The notes under the pieces are model-generated. The model saw only the letters and a program-made list of their open reading frames with translations, did not search any database and had not been told where the DNA came from. Made by a program: the position numbers and the translations under genes. From Okamejei kenojei (lineage: Eukaryota), in contig CM069168.1 of NCBI GenBank assembly GCA_035221665.1, positions 17,484,001 through 17,548,000 on the forward strand: a DNA stretch of 64,000 nucleotides, in the 5' to 3' direction. Shown piece after piece: positions 46,601 through 58,600 of this stretch (positions are counted from its first letter, which is position 1; every line of letters begins with the position of its first letter).

Positions 46601-49600
46601 CCAGAGACCCGGGTTCTATCCTGACTACGGCTGCTGTCTGTGCGGAGTTTGTACGTTCTCCCCGTGACCTGCGTGGGTTTTCTCGGAGATCTTCGGTTTC
46701 CTCCCACACTCCAAAGACGTACAGGTTTGTAGGTTAATTGGCTTGGTAAATGTAATAATTGTCCCTAGTGGGTATAGGATAGTGTGGGCCGAAAGGGCCT
46801 GTTTCCATGCTGTATCTCTTAACTAAACTAAAAAAAATTGATATCTCTCCAATAACTCTTATCAATTTCTACTAACACTCCAATATAATGTGATCTATTG
46901 GAATGTATCACAGGTTAATGTGGCAATTGTTTGGTCCTACGAAAAATGGCGGAGTTGTAAAAGCAGCAGGTCTATCTTTAGATGTGAAGTCCAAATTTTA
47001 AATGTGAAGCATTCATTATCCATTTGAGTTACTTCTGTTAACCCTTTCTGCTTTCAGTTTTGTATTCATCTTGCTTTTAATTCTGCTACTTCTCATTCAC
47101 TCCATATGTTCTATCATGGCTTGAATCTATTTTGCAGTACCTTTTTGAAGGCCTTAAAATCAATTCCTGTTTTCAATAGAGTTGTGGTTCAGAACTTTTA
47201 CAGTTATGGTGGAGGTTCAACTTTTATAGTTAGTGGTTTTTCTTTATTGGGATGCATCACAGCTTGGTTTGGGGACAGCTACATCCAAGACTGCAAGAAA
47301 TGGCAGAGAAATGTGGACGCAGTCCAGACCATCACACAAACCAACCTCCCTTCCTTTCCATTGGCAAGGCCACCAGCATAATCAAAAACGAGTTGCATCC
47401 CGGTCACTCCCGCTTCTCTCCTCTCCCATCAAGCAAGAGGTACAGAAGGCTGAAAACGCACACCCCCACATTTAGCGACAGTTTCTTCCCAGCTGTTATT
47501 AGGCAACTGAACCACCTTACTGGATAAGTAGACAACTGGGATTCTTTAGACTTTAGACAGCACAATGGCGCAGCAGTAGAGTTGCTGCCTTCCAGCGCCA
47601 GATCCCCAGGTTCGATCCTAACCACGGGTGCTGTCTGTATGGAGTTTGTACATTCTCCCTGTGACCACATGGGTTTTCACCGGGCATTCCGATTTCCTCC
47701 TACATTCCAAAGACATAGAGGTTTTCATGTTATTAGGCTTCTGTAAATAGCCCCTAGTGGGTAGGATACGAAACTGGGATAACATGGAACTTGTGCTTGG
47801 GTGATCACTGGTCTGTGCAGACTTGGTGGGCCCAAGGGCTTGTTTCCATGCTGTATCTCTAAAATAAAATAAACTCAATTCTAAAGTAATGTTTATATTG
47901 AAATGCACTAAACTCTTTATCATTTCTTGGGAACTTTACTTTCAAAAAGAAAATAAATCTCTCTGAAAGGAGAAACAAAGTCAACCTGTATAGGAAGGAA
48001 CAGTTTCAACCGAAGACAGACTCTCAGTGGGACAGGCAGCATCTCTGGAGAGAAGAGATGGGTGACATTTTGGGTCGAGACCCTTTTTCAGACTGATTAG
48101 ATTCGGTCTGAAGAAGGGTCTCGACCCGAAACATCACCCATTCCTTCTCTCCAGAGATGCTGCCTGTCCCGCTGAGTTGCATTTTGTGTCTAACAAAGTC
48201 AATATTTCAGGATAAGATCAATCACCTAGTTACATTAATTCTTTGCTCTGACCACAAGGCTGATGGCCTGATGAACTTTTCCAGCATCTTCGGTTTATCT
48301 CAGATTTGCCGCATTCCTGCGGCAGCTGAGGAAACACACAATCTGCCACAGGCAATGATGGTCCAATTCTATACGGCCATCGTAGAGTCTGTCCTCACCT
48401 TCTCCATCATGGTCTGGTTTGGCTCAGCCACCAAGCACGACATCCGGAGGCTGCAGCGAATCGTTCGATCAGCAGAGAAGGTTGTTGGCTGCAACCCCCC
48501 CCCCCCCCCCCATCGATGAACGGTACACTGCAAGGGCCAGGAAGCGAGCGGGTAAGATCGTCTCTGTCCCTCTGGCACTTCCCTCTGGAAGGCGACTCCG
48601 GACTGTCAAAACTGCCACAGCCAGACATAAAAACAGCTTTATTTCCACGAGCAGTAGCACTACTCAATAACTAAAAATCTGTAGCTTCCTTTTGCTCTGG
48701 TATTTTATTTCATTCACATGTTTAAACTATAATGTTTATTCTGAATGTTTTAATGTTTTATGTTTTGTTCTTAATTGTTTGTATGTCGTGTTGTTACTTG
48801 CGAGCGGAGCACCAAGGCAAATTCCTTGTATGTGTACATACTTGGCCAATAAACTTCCTTCATTCATTCATTCATTCATTCATTCATTCATTCATTCGTC
48901 TGCAGTGTTTTGCTTTTGAAAAGGTTTGAAATTCATGTTGCTGCCAAGCCCAAAGGCATGAGATGATTTATGGAGAACTTGAAAAAGAATATCTACCTGG
49001 CCGTCTGCTCCTGTAAAAAACTTTTGTTTTTTAATTATTGAAGTGGGTGGGGTGAAGATCATAAGGTATCAGTGAAAACTAAATGATCAGTACAGCTGCT
49101 GACATGCCTGAGGCAATGGCTGCAAGCCCATTAAAACCTTTTGGTTTTATGCCATATCCATTGCCCTCCATAATGTTTGGGACATAGACCCATCATTTAT
49201 TTATTTGCCTCTGTACTCCACAATTTGAGATTTGTAATAGAAAAGAATCACGTGGTTAAATTGACAGATTTTAATTAAGACCGTTTTTATACATTTTGGC
49301 TTCACCATGTAGAAATTACAGCAGTGTTTATACATAGTTTCCCCATTTCAGGGCACCGTGATGTTAGGGACACAGCAATGTCATGTAAATGAAACTAGTC
49401 ATGTTTAGTATTTTGTTGCAAATCCTTTGTATGCAATGACTGCTTGATTCATGGACATCACCAGTTGCTGGGTGACTTCTCTGGTGATGCTCTGCCAGGC
49501 CTGTATTGCAGCTATCTTTAGCTTATGCTTGTTTTGGGGGCTAGACCCCTTCAGTTTTCTCTTCATCATATAAATTCAGATCGCGTGATTAAGTTCACCA

Positions 49601-52600
49601 CTCAAGAATTGACCATATTTTAGCTTTGAAAAACTCCTTTGTTGCTTTAGTAGTATGTTTGGGATCATTGTCTTGCTGTAGAATGAACCGCCGGCCAATG
49701 AGTTTTGAGGCATTTGTTTGAACTTGAGCAGATAAGATGTCTATACACTTCAGAATTCACTATACTACTACCATCAGCAGTTGTATCATCAATGAAGATA
49801 AGTGAACCAGTACCTTCAGCAGCCACACATGCCCTGCACAGATGTGTTTCACAGATGAGGTGGTAAGCTTTGGATATTGGGAAGTTCATTCTCTCCCCCA
49901 AACTTTGCTCTTGCCATCACTCTGATATAAGTTAACCTTTGTTTCATCTGCCCACAATACCTTTTTCCAGAACTGTGGTTAATCTTTTAAGTACTTCTTG
50001 GCAAACAGTAACCTGGCCATCCTATTTTTGCAGCGAACCAGTGGTTTGCATCTTGCAGTGTAGCCTCTGTATTTCTGTTCATGAAGTCTTCAGCAGACAG
50101 TGGTCATTGACAAATCCACACCCGACTCCTGAAGAGTGTTTCTGATCTGTCGGACTGGTGTTTGGGGATCTCTCTTCAGTATAGAGAGAATTCTTCTGTC
50201 ATCAGCTGTGGAGGTCTTCCTTGGCCAGCCAGTTCCTTTGCGATTAGTTAACACATAAGTGCTCTCTTTCTTCTGAATGATTTTCCAAACAGTTGATTTT
50301 AGTAAGCCTAAGGTTTGGCTGATGTCTCTAACTGTTATATTCTTGTTTTTCGGTCTCATAATGGCTTCTTTGACTTTCATTGGCACAACTTTGGTCCTGA
50401 TGTTGAAAAACAGCAATGAAAGTTTCTAAAGGTGATGGAAAGACTGGAGGAAAGACTAGGTGCTGAGAGCTCTCTTATACCTGCATTGAGGAGGCAATTA
50501 AACACACCTGAGCAATACAAATGCCTGTGAAGCCATGTGTCCCAAACATTATGGTGCCCTGAAAAGGGGGGACTATGTATAAACACAGCTGTAATTTCTA
50601 CATGGTGAAACCAAAATGTATAAAAATGGCATTTAATCAAATCTGACTGTGTACTTTGACCACATGTGATCTTTTTTCTATCACATGTATCAAATTGTGG
50701 AGTACAGAGGCAAATAAATAAATGATGGGTCTTTGTCCCAAACATTATGGGGGGCGCTGTATGCTGGATGTGGTTCTTGTAATTATGCAATTTAATTACA
50801 GGGCTGTTTACTTTAAATTGGTTTTAGATGGCGTTGAAAGAGAGGATATTTGCATAAATATTTTGAGTGTTGATGTGAGGGTTGCGGCTGTTACAGAATG
50901 TGCTTTGAGGTCTGCCAATGATGGTAGTTTGGATTACAATAAACCAGCTCAATGACCGCAGTCAGCACGTGAAGAAATAACCAATTATTTTGATTTATTT
51001 TGTCTCCTTTGGGTGCTTGTGATGTTCCTTCAATAGCAGAGAAATTATTTGTTCTCATCTGTCTGAAGAAGAGTCTCGGCCCGAAACGTCACCCATCCAT
51101 GTTCTCCAGCACTCAGTGTCCTTTTGTATATTAACCAGCATCTGCAGTCCTATGGGCTACACAGTGGATGTGAATGCAGTCCTGATTAACATACTCTTCC
51201 TGGGCCAACACTTACTCACCTTTCTCTAACACGAGCGAGAACTGATAATGTCACAGCAGAGCACGGCAGCAGGCCCTTCAGCCTCAATATCCATGTCCCC
51301 ATTGTACCCATCCATGCGAATCTCAGTTATCCACATTAAGTCCGTAGCCTTCTCTGCCTTGGCGATTCAAGTATTTGTCCCTTGATGCTTCCTAAATAGT
51401 GTGTGTGTGTATACGCGTCTCTGTGTGCACGTCTGTATGTGTGCGTGCGTATCTGTGTGTGTGTATACTGTAGCCATCTGCATTTATCCTCTGTAACAAA
51501 AATTCCCCCTCACATTGGGGTGAAGCCTGTATGGCCATGAGTAGCCGCCCAATGAGTTGTACCTTATTCTGGTCGCCGCTGGATTTTCAACATGTTGAAA
51601 ATGTTCGGCGACCTGCTGCGACTATGACGGCAGTCGCCGAAAAAAACGCATTAGTGGGACAGGCCCATAAGCATGCAACAACCCTGTAGGTATGCACGCC
51701 TGTAGCAGTGATGAGGAAATTAGATTTGAGAGCTACATACCATGAAGAAGGATAAGAAGGGCTTTCACAACAGAAAAAAGAATTGCAGGATGTGGTCTCT
51801 CCAAAGCCTGTGAATGATATGGTCTGTAGGAAGCAGGAGACTTCTAGCTAATTGTATGCAGGTCCATTTTGGCCTGATAATTGATTTAATTGTTACTTTG
51901 AACTCAGTAGCTACTTCATGAAAGTAGAGGTTTAATGAAACGCAATGCTTGCAGCTGTAATTTACAGAGTCGATGAAAAATCTTGTACAAATTGTTAAAG
52001 GTAATTTTACATGCATTGATGTTATTTTCGAAGTACCTGAATACAAAGGTGTCAAATATAATTGATTTAATGTTGTACATGTAATTGCCCCAAACCGATT
52101 TCATTTAGCATCTCAGAACAGAAAGAAGTTTTTTATTTCTTTAGTCATTTTAAGCTTTTAATGTATTGGTTAAAAATGTAAAAATCCATTAACGTTCTTC
52201 AGAGCAGTAATAAAACTGTGGAGTTCAAAATACTTGACCTCGCTAAAAGGAGCTGAATGGTCCTGGTCTGGCCCCACACCTAGAGTTGTCAGTTGCGCAG
52301 TGCTAGAACTGCTGCCTCACAGCACCAGAGACCCAAGTTCGACCCTGACTATGGGTGCTGTCTGTGTGGAGTTTACACGTTCTCCCTGTGGCCGCTTGGG
52401 TTTCCTCCCATGTTCCAAAGACGTACGGGTTTGTAGGTTAATTGGCCCCTGTGTGTAGGATGCAAAAGTGGGATAACATAGAACTAGTGTACGGAAATAG
52501 ACATAAAAGGCTGGAGTAACTCAGCGGGACAGGCAGCATCCCTGGAAAGAAGGAATGGGTGGTGTTTTGGGTCGAGACCCTTCTTCAGACTGATGCAGAA

Positions 52601-55600
52601 GTGCAGTGTAGTTCAGTGTGGTGTCGTTCAGTCTAGTGTATGGAAGATGGATGGTCGGAGTGGACTCAGTGGGCCAAAGGGCCTATTTCCATGCTGTATC
52701 TCTAACACTAATCTACCGGAGAAGAGAACTAATCTCACTTGCCTTCTGTACAGGAACCGGTTGGACAGTGAAGTCTGAGTGACGACTAGGTTTCAGTGAT
52801 GCAGGGTTGACACTGTCACCCAGACAGGCTCAGACAGAAGATAAGGTGGGCAGCAGAGATTTGGCTCAACATTTGTTCTCTGATATTTAAAAACACAAAA
52901 TTCTTAAAAATAACTAAAACTTTAAAAAAAACCTCATCTTTCTCTCCCCGTTCAAACCCATCAAAGTCTTTAGAATCTCAGATCTAAATCGTGTCTGAGT
53001 GTTGATACTGCTGTGGATTGGAAGGTAGTGATGAATTTGCTGCTATATATTAGTCAACATGTTTTGGAATTCTGCAATGGCAAATTCTGTCCATAACTTA
53101 GTAAAATGTTAACAGTTGCCAGTAATATTTAGCCTAATCATTTAAGCGATGGATCCACCAGAATCACTGCGATCCAGACCACATTTATCTGATGGAGAAA
53201 AGGAATGGGTGACACTTGGGGCTAGACCTGCTTCAGAATGAGGGTCAGTGGAGAGGGAAAATAGAGATATGAAAAGTGTGCCTTTTTCCGCGCTGTATCT
53301 CTAAACTAAACTAAACTAAAAGAAAGTGACAAAACAGCTAGCCTGCCATTCTTGGCTTCACGTTTCTGGCAACTTGTTCGATACGTTTTTTGCTAAAATG
53401 AAAGATTTGCAAGACCCTGAAATAAAATGATTTGTGGTATTTAATCATGTCCATACACTATCACTTTTTAATTATAACCTATCTCTCAGCGGAAAGAGCC
53501 ATGACCACTTTTTGTAATAAAAGTGGATGCCGGGTGGTATGGATTGTGGTTAATTGTAACTGAGCTAAATTGAATACAGTGTTATTAGTGGTGAGGCAGC
53601 TGCTGCCTGTTGGTCTGTTTAGGATGAACTATTATCAGATAGTTGTGCATCTTTGAAGTGCTGGTGGAGACTTTGCCTGAAGCTTTGATAGTGGAGGCAT
53701 CGATCAGGCAATAGTCTGTTTTACTACCTTGTCTGAATATTGATTGCCCGTTGAATCACAGCATTGCAACTTGCTGTCTCTGCTTCCCTGCTTACCTGCT
53801 GGAGCAGCCGGCCCAAGAAGCCTTTTTGTGACAGCTGCTTTGGAGACACCGATGAGAAGTATTATTATATTTTGAACAACAGAACCATTGTAAACTTCAT
53901 TTGGCACAGACCGACCTTCCCTTACTGTGGTCTTACAGTATATTCTGTAACCCTAATATCCAGATTTGACCTATATGTTTCCAGACCCTTTTTCAGACTG
54001 ATGCAGAAGTGCAGTGTAGTTCAGTGTGGTGTCGTTCAGACTAGTATGGAAGATGGATGGTCGGAGTGGACTCAGTGGGCCAAAGAGCCTATTTCCATGC
54101 TGTATATAGGTCATAGGTCGCCAAATATGTTCAAAATGTTGACATGTCGTGGGGTGACGCCTGTATGGTTGTGAGTAGTCGCCCAAAGTGTCGTATCTTT
54201 TTCTGGTCGCTGCTGGGTTTTCAACATTTTGACATTTTTCGGCGGCCTGCTGCGACTATGACGGGCAGCAGTGAGATTGCCACAAATTAAAGGCTATTTA
54301 ATGCGCTGCCTTTAATGATGAGGATCAAAGAAACCCTGAACTACTTGGCCCATTGATCAGTACAGGGTGACAACCACCATACTTCTCAGTTTGCAACTCA
54401 CCATTTCATAATGGATATCATAAAGGCCTTTTAACTGGGTGCAGTTTTGACCTTCTCACATCAAGAGTAACTGGCAGCATGGGCAGAAGGGTTTCTCAAA
54501 AGAGTCGCTTTTACATGAGGTAGAGTGTGATAGACTGAACCCACAGGATGCCCAGAGCTCCACATAGAACCACATGGTACATCTAAACGACTACCTGAAC
54601 TAAAAATCATAGCCTCAAACACATTTCTCCTTCATGAGACTGACATAGGGTCTTTGCTCACAGAAGATTCTTAGCAGATCAGCCCTCGTTGTGTGCACAT
54701 TGTAAGCAACTCTTGGTCAATGATCATTGGTGTTCAACAACATTGCATCAGTGAAGTAATAGGTGTCCTATTCCTTCTCTCCAGAGATGCTGCCTGCCCC
54801 GCTGAGTTACTCCAACTTCTTGTGTCTATCTTCAGTGTAAACCAGCATCTGCAGTTCCTTTTTCTCATTCTATTTCTAATTTGTATTTGCATAACACTTA
54901 AATTGTCAGTAATAAATTCCGAGGAAGATGGATAAGGTCCATCAAACGAATGAATTTGGCGAAGCTCATGCAGGCGGCCTTTAATGAAGGAGCCATGTAC
55001 AAGCAGCTGCTTGTAGATGCGCTATTCTATGCTCGGTGCACTTTGAGGAGGATCGCATATCTGTGGTTAGTAATAAAACAAGGTTGGATTATACTTAAGT
55101 AAAACATTTCTTCAGCATGTAAGTTATGAACAATATCACTATCAGCATAGGCGTCGCAGTTTTAGAAAATATATATGGATTTAACAAAATAATATCATAT
55201 CCTAATTGAATAGAAAATTCAATTGATCTGTTGGCAGATCAATTTCCCTCCTTGGATAAATAAAGTTCTATCGTATTGTAAAAGTTCTCCTGCAAAACCT
55301 GTAATGAACTGTTTTGAACTGCAGAAAATACATTCGATATATTTACACTTGCAACTATTTTTCTAAAAGTCGGATTGCAGATTGTTTCATATTGCTTATT
55401 GTCAGTTAGAACTTATGACCAGTACACCCATGTGTCGGAGGGAGCTGCAGATATTGGTTTAGATGGAAGATAAACACAAAATGCTGGAGTAACTCAGCGG
55501 GACAGGCAGCATCTCTGGAGAGAAGGAACGGGTGACGTTTCGGGACATTTGTGTCTAACAGTACACCCATGATTCATTGTTTCTGAATGAACAAAAATAC

Positions 55601-58600
55601 TTTGGATTCAACACTTTTTTGCCTCTCAAATGAAATTGCTCCTGTCAGAAACAGTTTGTTGTGCCTGGATGGAGCGTTGTACATGGATTTTCCAGGAGCT
55701 ACCTTGTCTCTCAAGCTTAACACACACTGGTCGAAACGTCACCCATTCGTTCCGTCGATGCTGCCTCACCCGCTGAGTTACTCCAGCATTTTGTGTCTAC
55801 CTTTGCTTGTAAGGAGGTTGTACATTCTCTCCGTGACCTGCGTAGGTTTTCTCTTGGCGCTCCGGAGTATTCTGCCACATTCCAAAGACGTACAGGTTTG
55901 TAGGATAATTGGCTTGGCATCATTGGGAATTATCTCTAGCGTGTGTGGGATAGTGTGAGTGTGCAAGGATCGCTGGTCGGCGCCGACTCAGTGGGTCCAA
56001 GGACCTGTGATTTAAGTGTATTAAATATCATCAACTTGCGCCTTCCTGCTCTACCATACCATTTATAGTCTCTTGCAATTTATCACTATTCTCTTTATAT
56101 TTCACAATATTGCCACAAATCATCCCAAGAATTATTTTTAAGTGAAAAGAAATTTGAAGACGCCAATCTTTTGAGGACAGAATGTTGCTTGTTTAATATG
56201 CATAAATTAGTGTTAATGTTACTGTTTTGAGCAAGTTTAAACTATTCCCCACTTGGTGTTTGGCAATAACTGAGTTGTTTAAAGATGTGGCTCATGGTGT
56301 GAGAGGAATATTTAATCAATCTGTGTCATTGAGTTCATCAAGACAATTCCTTTCACAGAGTGCTGGCGTAACACAGCGGGTCAGGCAGCATCTCTGAAGA
56401 ATGTGGATAGGTGACGTTTTGGGTCGGGACCCTTCTTCAAATCTGAAGTGACACCTATTCATGTTCTCCAGAGATGCTCTCTGACCCACTGAGTTACTCC
56501 AGCACTTTGTGCTTATCTTTGGTATAACCCAGCATCTGCAGTTCCTTTATATTATATCCTTTCTCAGAAAATTGGATTTTATTGCAACTCGTTTAAGAAG
56601 AAAAACGTTACCTACTCCTACTCCTCTCCATAGATGCTGCCTCACCCACTGAGTTTCTCCAGCATTTTTTGTCTACTTTTACTGCAACTTATCTAGTTTG
56701 ATGGCGCAATTCTCTGCACAGTTGCTGCCTGATCACCAAATCGTGCAATCAATTAAAAATATTGGTCTGTTCACATTGTTAGTTTAATCTGTAAGAATGA
56801 TAGTTCTTAAACTTGTTTACATACTGCACACAATGTACTAGTACAATTAAATCCATGTTTCCTTTTCATTGCAAATATACCCAAAATAAGTCTTTGTGGT
56901 TTTTTTTTTTTGCCCGACTGTTCAAGAAATGATTTTTTACATGTGCTGCTTGTTTTTCTGACAATTGATAAAGATTGCTGAATTGCTAACTCTCTCTTTA
57001 CCTGCCCTTTTTGAACAGGGTGTCTGCCGATTACCAGAAGAGAGTGATGGCAGTGAGTATCCATTCAGGAGAATTGACATCAGGTGAGTTAATTAAATAA
57101 TAATTCAACTTTACTCAAAAACATCCTCTTTCCATCGGGTATTGGACCAGCAAGTAGAAGATGGGTGTAAAAAGTGAAGGAAACAGGAACTTTAATTAAA
57201 GTGTCTGCAATTAATTAAAAAACATTTAGATCAAGAAAAATAGATAAACTATAGATTAAGATAAAGAGAAAAGGGTTGCACGGTGGCGCAGCGGTAGAGT
57301 TGCTGCCTTCGAGCGCTTGCAGCGCCGGGTGCTGTTTGTAGGTAGTTTGTGTGTTCTCCCGTGACCCGCGTGGGTGTTCTCCAAGATCTTTGTTTCCTCC
57401 CACACTCCAAAGATGTATAGGTTTGTAGGTTAATTGGCTTGGTATAAGTGTAAGTTGTTCCTTGTGTGGGTAGGATAGTGTTAGTGTGCGGGGATCACTG
57501 GTCGGTGCGGACTCGGTGGGCCGAAGGGCCTGTTTCCGCGCTGCATCTAAACTAAAACTAAAATCAATTTAAATCTTGGGATAAAAATAAAAATGATTGA
57601 GAGGAACTCAGCAGGTCAGTCAGCATTTGTGGAGAGGAATAGCCGATGAACAAGTGGATTGCTAAATTGCGCATGAAATTAAAACATTAAAAAATGATTT
57701 TGTTTTAGTGCATAACTGTAAATATTAACAATATCTGCCGAAATATAACTCCTTGTTGGCTGTTACAGGGAGAAAGGATGGTAGTCTTCAATTGGTATTA
57801 TCTGTGCGGTCATTGGGAGCCCTTTGTTGCTTCCAACAATAGTGATCGCGATAGCTAGCTTCACCATTACCTTTATGTACTTGTATTAATGTATTCCAAA
57901 TGGATATTCTAAATCGCACGTTTTTTAAATATTGGGCAAGTGAACACGTTCCCCAACGCGAATGAGTTGAGGAATGAACCATCTCCATTGTTCAGTAGCT
58001 TATTGCCCTTTGGCTAAAGGTTGCTAACTGTCTACGTTTCCCCTGCAGGCTCATTCCAAAGGATCAGTATTTCTGTGGTGTGCTTTATTTCACCGGAAGT
58101 GATCTTTTTAACAAGAACATGAGGACCCATGCCCTGGAAAAAGGCTTCACATTGAATGAGTACACTATTCGTCCATTGGGAGTTACAGGTAGGAGCTGAA
58201 TCCTTTTGGAAGCATAGAGACACAAGAAACTGCAGGTGCTGGAATCGTGAGCAAAGCATAAAGTGCTGGAGGAACTCAGCTGGTCAGGCAGCATCTGTGG
58301 AGAGAACAGATGGACCTGAGGACCTCCTGGTGGGGAGTGGGGGTGCAAAGGGACTAGACATCATGGTGGAGATGGTGCCTAAAAATTGAGGTTGCTGACG
58401 TGGTGGAGTACATGTGAGGTGTCTCGGATGTAGATCAGGACTGGACAGGGGTGAACCAGGTAGAACGGAGCTATTTGGAGATGAGTTACTGGAGAGTATT
58501 CTGAGGGGTAAGATGGATTTGGATAGACGGGCTGACCATGGCTAGTCAGCATGGTTTTGTATACGGGCGAATGTGTCTTATGAATCTGAGTTTTATGAAG

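Noticed and set aside
53655-53695. Two TCF/LEF-like CTTTGA(A/T) sites
   Set aside because: Short motifs expected by chance; no conservation data available.
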